64,000 bases of DNA, from the NCBI GenBank assembly GCA_027339635.1, contig DAHWNZ010000008.1:1859-65858 (forward strand), given 5' to 3'. The position numbers and the translations under genes are program-made. This DNA comes from Candidatus Dormiibacterota bacterium (lineage in GTDB: Bacteria; Chloroflexota; Dormibacteria; Aeolococcales; Bog-877). A model generated the notes under the pieces. That model was not told where the DNA came from and did no database searches. It saw nothing but the letters and a program-made list of their open reading frames with translations. Shown here piece after piece: positions 10,659 through 20,005 of this stretch; position 1 is the first letter of the stretch; the number at the start of each line of letters is the position of its first letter.

Positions 10659-10694
10659 GGCCAGGGCTAGGCCGCGGGTGGACTAGCCCTGGCC
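10659..10694. terminator. Bidirectional stem-loop between convergent ppdK and usp
   Basis: GGCCAGGGCTAG (10659-10670) and CTAGCCCTGGCC (10683-10694) form a perfect 12-bp stem with a 12-nt loop. It starts 7 nt after the ppdK stop. There is no U-tract. Confidence 0.6.
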
Positions 10695-10708
10695 CCGGCC
10701 GGCTCGGA

Positions 10709-11182
10709 TCATGCGGGAGCAAGCTCCTGGGGCATGACCACGATCGGGCACCTAACCCTCGGTGTCAGCCGCAGCATTATGCCGCCCGCCAACAGGCCGG
10801 CGGCGCGGCTCGGGTGCGGTGGCCCAAGGACCAACAACTGGGCGTCGGCAGCCGCTTTGGCCAAGACCTGGGTGACGGTTCCTCGCATGGCTTCGAACTG
10901 TAGTCGCGGGTCTGTTCCCAGGACTTCCTCCAACACCTGGCGCAGGTGTGCCAAGGTCCGGGCCTGAAGCTCGTCCGGAAGCAGAGGCGCGAACGATGGC
11001 CGTGGTGAGGGGCCGGGGCTGGGGAGGGTTGGTCTCCACGCGGACACGGCCAGGAGGTCAACGCCCCGCATCCGGGCCTCCTCCCAGGCCCAGGTCAGCG
11101 CGGTTCTGGACCCGGTCTCCGGGCTCACACCGACCACCACCCGGTGACCGCTCCTACGTGCGGTTCCCACCTTCGGGCTCAC
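10709..11182 (-). CDS. Universal stress protein (UspA family)
   Basis: HRVVVGVS...LLAVSAW...LVLG...CPIVVMP pattern. The start is uncertain (GTG around 11170-11182). The track ORF extension overlaps the MFS gene. Confidence 0.7.
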   Translation of the reverse strand: MSPKVGTARRSGHRVVVGVSPETGSRTALTWAWEEARMRGVDLLAVSAWRPTLPSPGPSPRPSFAPLLPDELQARTLAHLRQVLEEVLGTDPRLQFEAMRGTVTQVLAKAAADAQLLVLGPPHPSRAAGLLAGGIMLRLTPRVRCPIVVMPQELAPA

Positions 11183-11249
11183 AGTAGCCGGGCCAGCATG
11201 CCCTGTCCGCCCACCTCGCGGCCAAGGTGGAGCACTTTCGGACTGCCGT

Positions 11250-12746
11250 TCAAGCTGGGGCTCCGGTCGGAGCTTCGGCTTGAGTCCGCCGCCGCACTTG
11301 AGAGAGCGGCCGTGCCACCTGCTCCAGGGACTTCCTCTCAGCGTTGACACCCAGAAACCAGGCGATGACACCGCCTACGAACATGACGGTCGCTCCCACG
11401 TAGTACCCGATGGTCAGGGGCCCAGGATTGTGTCCGCTCCCGATCAGGGTGGCGAACAGATAGGGCGCGCCCACTCCCCCCACCAGTTGCGAGATTGCGA
11501 AGAAGAACGATATCGCCTGGCTGCGCAACTCCAAGGGGAAGATCTCGCTGACTGTGAGGTAGGCGGAGGAGGCGCCGGCGGAGGCGAAGAAGAACGTCGC
11601 GCACCAGAAGATCGTCTGGGTCGTTGCGTTCAGGGCTCCTGAGTCGAAGAGGGCGGCGGACACGGCCAGCAGCAGCCCGGAGAGGCAGTAGGTGAACACG
11701 ATCATCTTGCGCCGGCCGACGGTGTCGAAGAATCGCCCCAACAGTAGCGGGCCCGCGAGGTTTCCCGCCGCGAAGGGGATGAAGAAGAAGGCTGTCTGGT
11801 CGGATGCGATTCGGTAGAAGTGGGTGAGCACCAGGGCGTATGAGAAGAAGATCGCGTTGTACAAAAACGACTGGGTGACCATCATCGAGAAGCCCAGCAA
11901 GGATCGGCTGGGGTAGTCGCGCAACATCGTCCTTCCGATCTGCAGGTACGACACCTGTCCCCGGTCGGTCACCTCTATGGCGGAGTCGGAGGAGACCTCA
12001 GGCAGGTGGACTCCATCTGCCTCGAGGGCCGCCTCGATCTCATCGACTGTGTGTTCCGCCTCCTCCTGGTGGCCGTGGGTCATCAGCCAGCGGGGGCTCT
12101 CGGGGATGTGGCGGCGCACGTAGATGATGATCAAGCCGATTACGGGCCCGATGAAGAACCCGATTCTCCAACCGAGGTTGATCGCAACAAGGTTTGGATT
12201 GAGCAGGAGAATCGTCCCCAGCGAACCTATGAGCGCGCCGAGCCAGTACGTGCCGTTGATGGCGATGTCCACGCGGCCCCGATAGTGGGAGGGAATCAGC
12301 TCATCGATCGCGGAGTTGATGGCCGTGTACTCTCCCCCTATCCCGGTCCCCGCGATGAAGCGGAATAGGAGGAGAAACCAGAGCGTGGGGGACAGGCCGG
12401 AGATTCCACTGGCCACCAGATAGATGGCCAGGGTCCAGATGAACAGGCGCTTGCGGCCCAGCCAGTCTGTGAGTCGGCCAAAGACCAGCGCCCCCACCAC
12501 CTCACCAGCCAGATAGACGCTCCCGATCAGGCCCGCCTCGGATGTGCTCAGCCCGAGCGTGGCATGGTGCTGCAGCACCGGGCTAACACTGGAGGCGATC
12601 TGGATCTCCAGGCCGTCAAGGATCCAGGAGACACCAAGGCCGACGACCACGAGCCAGTGGAACCGGCTCCAGGGGAGCCTGTCGAGCCGCGCCGGCACCA
12701 ACGTTCTAACCGATGTGCCGACCGGGGCTTCTCCTGTCGACTTCAT
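11250..12746 (-). CDS. MFS transporter (sugar/metabolite:H+ symporter type)
   Basis: About 12 TM segments, a GRLTDWLGRKR loop motif between TM2 and TM3, and a PESPRWL motif. Confidence 0.88.
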   Translation of the reverse strand: MKSTGEAPVGTSVRTLVPARLDRLPWSRFHWLVVVGLGVSWILDGLEIQIASSVSPVLQHHATLGLSTSEAGLIGSVYLAGEVVGALVFGRLTDWLGRKRLFIWTLAIYLVASGISGLSPTLWFLLLFRFIAGTGIGGEYTAINSAIDELIPSHYRGRVDIAINGTYWLGALIGSLGTILLLNPNLVAINLGWRIGFFIGPVIGLIIIYVRRHIPESPRWLMTHGHQEEAEHTVDEIEAALEADGVHLPEVSSDSAIEVTDRGQVSYLQIGRTMLRDYPSRSLLGFSMMVTQSFLYNAIFFSYALVLTHFYRIASDQTAFFFIPFAAGNLAGPLLLGRFFDTVGRRKMIVFTYCLSGLLLAVSAALFDSGALNATTQTIFWCATFFFASAGASSAYLTVSEIFPLELRSQAISFFFAISQLVGGVGAPYLFATLIGSGHNPGPLTIGYYVGATVMFVGGVIAWFLGVNAERKSLEQVARPLSQVRRRTQAEAPTGAPA

Positions 12747-13146
12747 TGAACCGCACCTCCAATCCGTGGCCGACCGTCGTCGATCCTGCCATCGCCTTCG
12801 AGGGGTTGCAGCGGCGAATTCGATAGAGTCGGCCGAGCCCTTGCGGGTGCGACCCGGCCAGCGGGCGGGGGAGTCGGCCAGCGCGCGAGCGGTCCTCTCT
12901 CAGAACCGCCAGTTGGCCAACTTCGCTCCAGGTGCCGTCCCGAACGGTGGTCGTCGGCCGGGGCCCGCCGACGGAGTGGGGCTTGGTGGTGGCACCGTCA
13001 GGATGGGCGCCAGCAACCGTCTCAAGGATAGGCCTCCGCAGACAGTAGCCCTCGACCGTCCTCGAGCTCTGGTCCAGGCCCGCTGTGTGCCTGGTTCCCA
13101 CCCCAGGCCGTTACCGGCAGCCAGCTACCGTGTTAGGCTCCCGTGC

Positions 13147-13653
13147 GTGCTCCTCTCACAGTCACAGGCCACGGACGAGTTGCAGCGCTGGCACCGCGAG
13201 TACCAGGGTCTGCTCGACTCAGCGGCAGATGCCGACTGGGAGCGGCCGGGCACGATCGGGGACGGAGATTGGTCCCTCCGCGATCTGGTGGGCCACATCC
13301 TGAGCTGGGAGGAGCTGGCTCTGCAGGCCATCTCCGCGGTGGCTGCGGGAGACCCCCCTGCCGACTCGGGCCAGGGAATCGACCAATTGAACCAGGAGAT
13401 GGTGGAGCGCAAGGCCGCAATTCCCCTGGAGGACTTGCGCCGGCAGGCTGCGGCGACCCACGCGGTGCTGATCCGGACGATCGCGGATCTTGCGGACGAC
13501 ATCTGGGCCAGGCCCGTCGACAACGGCGATGAGGGCCCGATGGCGTTGGGAGAACTGCTCGGGGGTGTCCTCGGCGCGGAGCATCAACCCTTCGGGCACA
13601 TCAGCGCCCATCTGGGGGACCTGCGCCACTACGTGGCCGACACTCCCGTTTGA
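13147..13653 (+). CDS. DinB-like / maleylpyruvate-isomerase N-terminal-domain family protein
   Basis: WSLRDLVGHILSWEE plus a C-terminal HxxxH-like GHISAH motif, and about 168 aa. The start was moved to the GTG at 13147 because the first ~200 codons of the track ORF are antisense to the MFS gene or intergenic. Confidence 0.6.
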   Translation: MLLSQSQATDELQRWHREYQGLLDSAADADWERPGTIGDGDWSLRDLVGHILSWEELALQAISAVAAGDPPADSGQGIDQLNQEMVERKAAIPLEDLRRQAAATHAVLIRTIADLADDIWARPVDNGDEGPMALGELLGGVLGAEHQPFGHISAHLGDLRHYVADTPV

Positions 13654-13935
13654 TCCGTCCGCTGCGCCACCCCACGTGCGCCCGTAGACCTCGCCCCGAG
13701 TGTGACGGCCTTGGGAGCGCGGCCGTGGCGCTTGCGGTAGCGTCAGGAGCTGCCGCGCAGAAACCCTGCGCCGGCCGGTTCCCCAAGGGCACCGCGAAAA
13801 GGCGGGGGTGGGTGCCCACTGGTTGAGGCGGCCATTATGCGGGCCATCCGTCAGTCGTAGCTCTTACCCCGACTGCGTTGATCTCCCGGGTCCTCGCCAG
13901 TGGGAATCGACTCTCGACCCGCCCTGCGAAGTCAG

Positions 13936-13965
13936 CCGTGGGGCCTCGGTTCGACGGGGCCACGG
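13936..13965 (-). terminator. Imperfect hairpin downstream of the aldehyde dehydrogenase gene
   Basis: CCGTGG...CCACGG outer stem plus inner GC pairs, 37 nt past the stop of the minus-strand ALDH gene. No U-tract. Confidence 0.3.
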
Positions 13966-14001
13966 TCTCAGATGGTCGTTGGCCGTACCCTGCTCAGGTC
14001 C

Positions 14002-15450
14002 TCACAGTTGCAGGGACTTAGGCACTAGGAACTCCTCCATCCCGTACCGCCCAAACTCGCGTCCATGCCCGGACTGCTTGACGCCTCCGAAGGGAGCCGA
14101 GGTGCTGAAGGCGCCGCCGTTGATCTCAACAGTCCCGGCCCTAAGACGTCGGGCGACGGCCTGGGCTCGGACCGGGTCCGCCGACCAGACCGCGGCCGCC
14201 AAGCCGTATGGCGTTCCGTTCGCGATCTCCACCGCCTCGTCCTCATCCCGGTAGGTCAAAACGCTGAGAACGGGACCGAATATCTCCTCCTGAGCGATCG
14301 CCATCTGGGGTGTCACATGGTCGAAGATCGTCGGTTTGACGAAGTACCCGCGATCCAGACCTGGGGGGGCATCGCTTCCCCCCAGCACAAGGCGGGCGCC
14401 CTCCGCGATCCCCCGATCGATGTAGGCCCGGACCCGTTCCTGCTGTGACAGGGAGGCCAGCGGTCCCAACCTGGTCGCCTCGTCCAGGGGGTCGCCGGGT
14501 GAGAGCTTCTGGGCGGTGGCCACGGCAACTTCAACCACCTGGTCGGCGAGCTTCTCGGGGATAAGGAGCCGCGTGAGCGCGGTGCAGGTCTGCCCCTGGT
14601 TCAGGAAGGCGTTGTAGACGACGAACTTTGCCGCCTTGGTCCAGTCGGCGTCGTCCAGCACCAGGCTCGCCGACTTGCCTCCGAGCTCCATGGTGACGGG
14701 CTTGACGGTTGCCGCCGCCAATTCCGAGATACGACGCCCCGCGCGGGTCGAGCCGGTGAAGGATATTGCGTCCACCAGCGGGTGGGTGACCACGGCCTCA
14801 CCGGCGGACTGGCCCCGTCCCACGATGACATTCAAGACGCCATCAGGGAGCCCTGCCTCCATGGCGGTCTCCGCCAGCATCAGCGCCGTCAGGGGGGCCA
14901 CCTCGCTCGCCTTGAGGACCACTGTGGCTCCCGCCGCCAGGGCCGCCGCCACCTTGGCCATCACCTGTTGCAGGGGATAGTTCCACGGCGTGATCGCGCC
15001 CACCACGCCGATTGGCTCCTTGACCACCAAGCAGTTGCCGATAGTCTCTTCGAACGGATAGTCCGCCATAACTTCGGCGATGGTGGTGGTGATCGCGATC
15101 GGGTTGCCGACCTGGACAGCACGGGACTGGCGGATGGGAGTCCCGACCTCGCGAGAGATGGTTCTGGCGTACTCCTCACTCCTCCCCCTGATCCCCTCTG
15201 CCAGCCTTCGCAAGAGGTCCGCGCGCTCCTGGGGTGCGGTGCCGGCCCACGGCCCAAGGGCCTGTTGGGCCGCCCTCACCGCCCGGTCCACGTCTTCCTG
15301 GTCGGCGTCCGCAACCACGGCCAGAGGCTCGCCGGTGGCGGCCTCGGCCACCGTTATGCGGCCCCCGCCATGGGCGTCGGTGAAGGCACCCCCGATGAAG
15401 AACTGGGTGGCTCGCTGCGCATCCATTTCGTCCGCTGCGGCCTGGGTCAT
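14002..15450 (-). CDS. NAD(P)+-dependent aldehyde dehydrogenase
   Basis: 482 aa, with ELGGKS and FLNQGQTCTA (catalytic Cys) motifs and a strong RBS (GAGGAGGTGAGGAG). Confidence 0.92.
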   Translation of the reverse strand: MTQAAADEMDAQRATQFFIGGAFTDAHGGGRITVAEAATGEPLAVVADADQEDVDRAVRAAQQALGPWAGTAPQERADLLRRLAEGIRGRSEEYARTISREVGTPIRQSRAVQVGNPIAITTTIAEVMADYPFEETIGNCLVVKEPIGVVGAITPWNYPLQQVMAKVAAALAAGATVVLKASEVAPLTALMLAETAMEAGLPDGVLNVIVGRGQSAGEAVVTHPLVDAISFTGSTRAGRRISELAAATVKPVTMELGGKSASLVLDDADWTKAAKFVVYNAFLNQGQTCTALTRLLIPEKLADQVVEVAVATAQKLSPGDPLDEATRLGPLASLSQQERVRAYIDRGIAEGARLVLGGSDAPPGLDRGYFVKPTIFDHVTPQMAIAQEEIFGPVLSVLTYRDEDEAVEIANGTPYGLAAAVWSADPVRAQAVARRLRAGTVEINGGAFSTSAPFGGVKQSGHGREFGRYGMEEFLVPKSLQL

Positions 15451-15952
15451 CTCCTCACCTCCTCATGACTTGAACCAGTTCGGCGCCACCGCGAACAATC
15501 GAGAGCGCCCGACGCAACCGCTGCCCCCTCGCCGGCTCAGCTCCATGGCCCCGGTGCTCTTGGGACTCTGGCGGACCCTCCGGCTCGGAGCGGGCCCAGG
15601 AGACGCATTTCGGGCGCCCTCGGCCCAGGGACCGCGTTCGCCCTGCTCGACCGTAGCCCCGGGGTGAAGCAGAGGGATAGGGGCCACCGCCACGGACGCA
15701 GCGAGTGCGCTCGGGCCCCTGCGCGTCAAGGAGCTCCTCGCAAGGGTGGGGCGCACCTGGCAGTCTCCGTCGTCACCCTGGCATCGTAGCAATTGGGTAT
15801 CGACGAAACCTGGCGCGGACGACATAATGGCGGAAAGTTAGGGGAGGCGAGGTGACAGTGACTCTGTCGGCACCTGCTGGTTCCGAGCACCCTGCGCTGC
15901 CGGGGTTCCCGACCGGGCCCTTACCCTGTTTTGGCGATCTCGTGGGTGGCCC

Positions 15953-16696
15953 ATGACGGGCTCGGAGCGGCAGCGAGCTCCCTGGCTCCCCCAGGGCGCG
16001 ATCAATAAGGTGGGGCGGATCTCGCCCCGCAAGCAGGCCGCTGACAAATCTCCAGCGTCGAGACGGCTGCCCTGGGAGGAGCGCCGGGCCCAGTTGCTCC
16101 AGGCATGCCTGGAGACCTTCGTGGCTATGGGCCTTGAGATGACCACCATGGATACGATCGCAGCCAGAGCGGGAGTCAGCAAGCCTCTTGTGTACCGCCA
16201 CTTCCACAATCGATTCGAGGCGCTGATGGCGGTCGTCGACCAGCAGGCCGACTTGCTGATGGCGCGCGTACGCGCCCCGCTGCGGCCGGGAGCGGGATCG
16301 GAGTTGGACTCCGTCATCCAGGGCTTTCTCGCCTTCGCCGGAGAGGCCCCGGGAGGATTTCGCCTTCTCTTCCATCTCGTGGATGGGAGCCCCGGTCCGG
16401 CCAAGAGGAGGCTCGATGAGTTGCGAGATGGCCTCGGGGGCACCCTGACCCGCGCCCTGGTTGCAAGTCTGCCGCCTGCTTTGGGGTTGGAGCAAGCCAT
16501 CTCCGAGTCCCGCGTCGGACACCTGATGGTGTCGATTCTGGAGGGGGTGGCCGCGGGCCTGGCCGAGGGAGAGGACCCCGCCCTAGTGGCTCAGATCCTG
16601 ACCCGACTGCTGCGCCCCGACAGGGTGGCGGAGGCGGTCATGCCCAACCAGGGTTCGGCGCTGGCCGAACGCGGCTTGCGCGCTGGGCTCAGGTGA
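15953..16696 (+). CDS. TetR family transcriptional regulator
   Basis: TTMDTIAARAGVSKPLVYRHFHNRFEAL helix-turn-helix. The exact start is uncertain. Confidence 0.8.
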   Translation: MTGSERQRAPWLPQGAINKVGRISPRKQAADKSPASRRLPWEERRAQLLQACLETFVAMGLEMTTMDTIAARAGVSKPLVYRHFHNRFEALMAVVDQQADLLMARVRAPLRPGAGSELDSVIQGFLAFAGEAPGGFRLLFHLVDGSPGPAKRRLDELRDGLGGTLTRALVASLPPALGLEQAISESRVGHLMVSILEGVAAGLAEGEDPALVAQILTRLLRPDRVAEAVMPNQGSALAERGLRAGLR

Positions 16697-16897
16697 GAGC
16701 GGGATCATTCGTGGAGCTGGCCCTCAACAGCGACGGTCCCCTGGGCTCTGTCCCGGGCCTCACTGCTGCTCTCGGTTCGCCGCCACGCCCTGGCGCCCTT
16801 TACCCCCGCTCCAATTGGTGCTCCTAGTCCGGTGCCATCCCGTCAGGGTTGCAGGATTTGGGGGCTGTGATGTTAGGTTCCTCCAAGGAGTGAAGAG

Positions 16898-19800
16898 ATG
16901 AGTGGCGGGGCCGGGCTCCCTGCGGTCCTGGGGCCGACGCGTCTGCTGGGTGGACCCGGGTCGGGCAAGACCGAGACGCTGGCCCGGATTGCCGTGGATT
17001 GGCTTGAGTCAGGTGGTGACCACAAGCGGGTGGTGGTCGTCACCCGCAACCGGATTGGGCTGCGGGTCATGCTGGATCACCTCGGCCGCCTGCTGCCCAC
17101 TTGCAGCTTTCCACCGCGGACCGTGACTCAGGAGACTTTGGCACGCCAGGTCCTGCGGTCCCTGGGCGAGCCGGATGACCAGACCAGACCGCTCAGCAGG
17201 GTCGGGGAGTGGTTGGCCATGACCCGGGCCTTCCAGGACGCAACCCCCCTTTTGGATCGGCTGCGTCCCTTGGTGGGTGACCCGAGCTGCATCGAGGACG
17301 CGCTGGAATTCGCCTCCTTGCTGAAGCAGGGACTCGTGGGCCTCGCCCTGTTGGCGGAACGTCTCAGCCGCGACCAGGGAGTGCTGGCGGAGCTGACGGT
17401 CATAATGGCCCGCTATCAGGATGCCCTGGCCACAATGGGCGGCCGCGACGCCCGCGACCTGACGGTCGCCGCGGTTGAGAGACTGCAGAGGGATCAGGGA
17501 GCGCTGGCGGGGTGGGCGGACCTGCTCTTGGTCGACGAGGCCGAGGATCTCAATCCAGCCCAGTGGCAGTTGCTGGAGCTCCTGGTCGAGCGGATGGCGC
17601 CCCCTTGCCGGGCGGTGCTGGCGGGGGAGCCGACGGTCGCCCTCCCTTCGTTTCAGGGCCCCCCGGCGAGGTTCTTCAACGAGGCCTTCCCCCGCCGTTT
17701 CCACGCCGCCGACCTGGCTCTGCCAGGCCCCGAGACTGCCTGGCTCGCCGCGGTCGGCGAGGTCCTCGCCCAGAGGTCTCCGGGGCTCGGCTCACCGGGC
17801 TCTGAGGGGCTAGGGCCGCGGCGGCCAGCCACGGCCGCCATCTGGTCCGCCGGCGACGAGACCGAGGAGGCCATGGCGATCGCCCGAGAGATCAGAAGGG
17901 CCAGGCTCGCCGAGGAGGTGGCGTACGACGAGGTGGCGATCCTGCTCTGGGACCCGGGGGCGCAACTCGCTCCGATTGCCGCCGCCCTCGCTGAGCTGCG
18001 AGTGCCCTTTCACGTGTGGCAGCGGAGATGGGCTGGAAGCATTGCCACGCGCGCCGTGATCACCTGGCTGAGAGCGCTGGCCGCTCCCCAGGATGATCTC
18101 GCCGTCGCGGAGGCACTCTCTCTTGGCCCCCAGGGCCTGCAGCCATCCGAGCTCAGGGACCTGCGGCAGAGGGCTGCTCGAGATCAGGTGCGACTCGCAA
18201 CCACGCTGGCAAACCTGGCCCGCGCGGCTCCCAATTCGCGCGAGAATCAGGGGCTAGGCCGGACTCCGGCGCTGGCCAGTCTCTGGCTGGATCTTGGGGG
18301 GGGACGGCCCGATCTTGGGGCGGCATTGATGGACCCCGCCGCACTTAGGGACGTGATCGGCAAGATTGAGCGTGGCACCGGCTTGTCCCAACTCGCCCTC
18401 TCGCATCTGGAAACGGCGGCTGCCATGGCCAACCTGGACCGGGTGGCCAGCGATGCCATCGAGGCCAGCAGACGCCTGGGTGCGGCGGACAGGCCGCTCT
18501 CGGAATGGATCGAAGTGATTGAGGTCGCGGTTCGGGTCAGCGGAGTGGAACAGGACCACGGGGTGCTGGCCCCGCCTGAGGCGGTCGCTGTCGTGAGCGC
18601 CCAGAATGCCAAGGGTGCCAGCTGGCGCAGGGTTTTTCTTCCCGGGATGGTCGCGGGCGCCATGCCCCGGCTTGGCAGGGATGGTGGGCTACTCACCCAG
18701 GCCGAGCTCCAGACCCTGCTGGACCGGGTCCCGGAGCTGGAGGATGTGATGGGCGCCCCAGGGGATCACCTGGAGAGGGAGTGCCGCCGTTTCTTGATGG
18801 CCACGACAAGGGCCCGCGAGCAGGTGGTGCTCTCGTGGAGCAGACGAGGCTCCCTGGCCGAGCGGGAGCCGTCCACGTTCCTCGCCGCCGTGAAGACGGC
18901 CGGAGGGGTTCAGGAGGTTGCCGCCCCACTGGCAACTCCTGTGGCGGTGGCTGACCTGGTCTGTCATTGGGCGATTGCCTTGAGCCATGGCCGCCCTCCC
19001 ACAGGTTCCTCCAGAATGCCAGAGCACCTGGCCCGAGCCCGACAGGTGGCCGGTTGGATGACGCCGTGGGATCCAGTCTCGCCCGAGGCGGCCGCTGCCG
19101 AGGGCCACCTCAGCGCCAGCGCGCTCAGCGCCTGGCTTGCCTGCCCGCGCCTGTACTACTTCGGCCAACTTCGACTCCGCCGGGAAGACACCGTGGGCAC
19201 GGTCCTGGGGGTGGCCGCTCACAGCCTGCTTGAGTTCGCCCACCGCGAGCGGGCATCTTGGGCCGACTCGCCTGATCTGTTCACCCCCATGGCGCTGACT
19301 CACATTCACGACCAGCTCATGCCAGGGGTTCGCGAGCGGCTCGTGGACCCGCTGGGCTCGTTCTACGTGGAGGCGTGGCTCAACCGCTTGGCCAGGAGGT
19401 GGGCCAAGGTGGTGTTGGAGGAGCGTCGCATGGGTGAACAGGTCGCCAGCGAGGTCGCCTTCGATCTCCCAATCGAGGAATTCGCACTGGTGGGCAAGAT
19501 CGACGCCCTGTGGCATGATCCCCAGGGCGACCTGGAGGTGGTCGACTACAAGACCTCTGAGGGAGCTCTTCCCGGCGGTCCTGATATGCGCCGCCAGGTG
19601 CTGGGCAACGGGGACAGCGGGCCTTCCGATTGGCAGCTTCCGATCTATGCGATGGCGGCGCGCGACCTGCATCTGGACGGGACCGCGGTCCCGGTCAGAG
19701 CCCGCAATTGGTACCTGGGCCCGGAGCCGAACCGCTCCGGTTCACTGGTGACCCGAGGCTTTCGGCTCGGCCAGGCCGAGGGCAGGCTCCCAACGGGCGA

Positions 19801-20005
19801 GGTCGAGCTGGGCCAGGACGAGTTGGACCGTGTTGAGGCGGAGATAGCACGGCAGGCGCGGCTGATTCGGCAGGGGCGCTTTGCCGCGCTGCCGCGCCAC
19901 GACATTTACACCTGCCGCGGGTACCTCGGATGTAGCCTCGCTCGTTGCTGCGACGGCGAGGGCACCGTGGGAGGAGCTTTCCCCCTGCCAGTGCCTCGAC
20001 CATGA
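16898..20005 (+). CDS. Helicase-nuclease subunit, AdnA/AddB-like (UvrD-like ATPase domain plus C-terminal PD-(D/E)XK nuclease)
   Basis: GGPGSGKT Walker A, LLLVDEAED motif II, a C-terminal GKIDAL...VVDYKTS nuclease motif, QLPIYA, and a Cys set (ACPRLYYF ... CRGYLGCSLARCC). RBS AAGGAG. The stop overlaps the next gene's ATG. Confidence 0.8.
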   Translation: MSGGAGLPAVLGPTRLLGGPGSGKTETLARIAVDWLESGGDHKRVVVVTRNRIGLRVMLDHLGRLLPTCSFPPRTVTQETLARQVLRSLGEPDDQTRPLSRVGEWLAMTRAFQDATPLLDRLRPLVGDPSCIEDALEFASLLKQGLVGLALLAERLSRDQGVLAELTVIMARYQDALATMGGRDARDLTVAAVERLQRDQGALAGWADLLLVDEAEDLNPAQWQLLELLVERMAPPCRAVLAGEPTVALPSFQGPPARFFNEAFPRRFHAADLALPGPETAWLAAVGEVLAQRSPGLGSPGSEGLGPRRPATAAIWSAGDETEEAMAIAREIRRARLAEEVAYDEVAILLWDPGAQLAPIAAALAELRVPFHVWQRRWAGSIATRAVITWLRALAAPQDDLAVAEALSLGPQGLQPSELRDLRQRAARDQVRLATTLANLARAAPNSRENQGLGRTPALASLWLDLGGGRPDLGAALMDPAALRDVIGKIERGTGLSQLALSHLETAAAMANLDRVASDAIEASRRLGAADRPLSEWIEVIEVAVRVSGVEQDHGVLAPPEAVAVVSAQNAKGASWRRVFLPGMVAGAMPRLGRDGGLLTQAELQTLLDRVPELEDVMGAPGDHLERECRRFLMATTRAREQVVLSWSRRGSLAEREPSTFLAAVKTAGGVQEVAAPLATPVAVADLVCHWAIALSHGRPPTGSSRMPEHLARARQVAGWMTPWDPVSPEAAAAEGHLSASALSAWLACPRLYYFGQLRLRREDTVGTVLGVAAHSLLEFAHRERASWADSPDLFTPMALTHIHDQLMPGVRERLVDPLGSFYVEAWLNRLARRWAKVVLEERRMGEQVASEVAFDLPIEEFALVGKIDALWHDPQGDLEVVDYKTSEGALPGGPDMRRQVLGNGDSGPSDWQLPIYAMAARDLHLDGTAVPVRARNWYLGPEPNRSGSLVTRGFRLGQAEGRLPTGEVELGQDELDRVEAEIARQARLIRQGRFAALPRHDIYTCRGYLGCSLARCCDGEGTVGGAFPLPVPRP

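Noticed and set aside
12706-13101. 131-aa minus-strand ORF upstream of the MFS gene
   Set aside because: A central stretch (VEGYCLRRPILETVAG...TVRDGTWSEVGQLAVL) looks vaguely protein-like, but I recognise no family. The ends are Arg-rich and it overlaps the MFS start. It may be a gene remnant, but I cannot support that.
12544-13146. First ~200 codons of the 369-aa ORF ending in the DinB-like domain
   Set aside because: This part overlaps the MFS transporter start on the other strand and then crosses intergenic DNA. It is Arg/Pro/Gly/Ser-rich, and only the last ~168 aa resemble a DinB-fold protein.
13941-13965. tRNA-like GGTTCGA motif
   Set aside because: The flanking sequence does not fold into T-arm plus acceptor geometry. 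It forms only a simple hairpin, which I treated as a weak terminator candidate for the ALDH gene.
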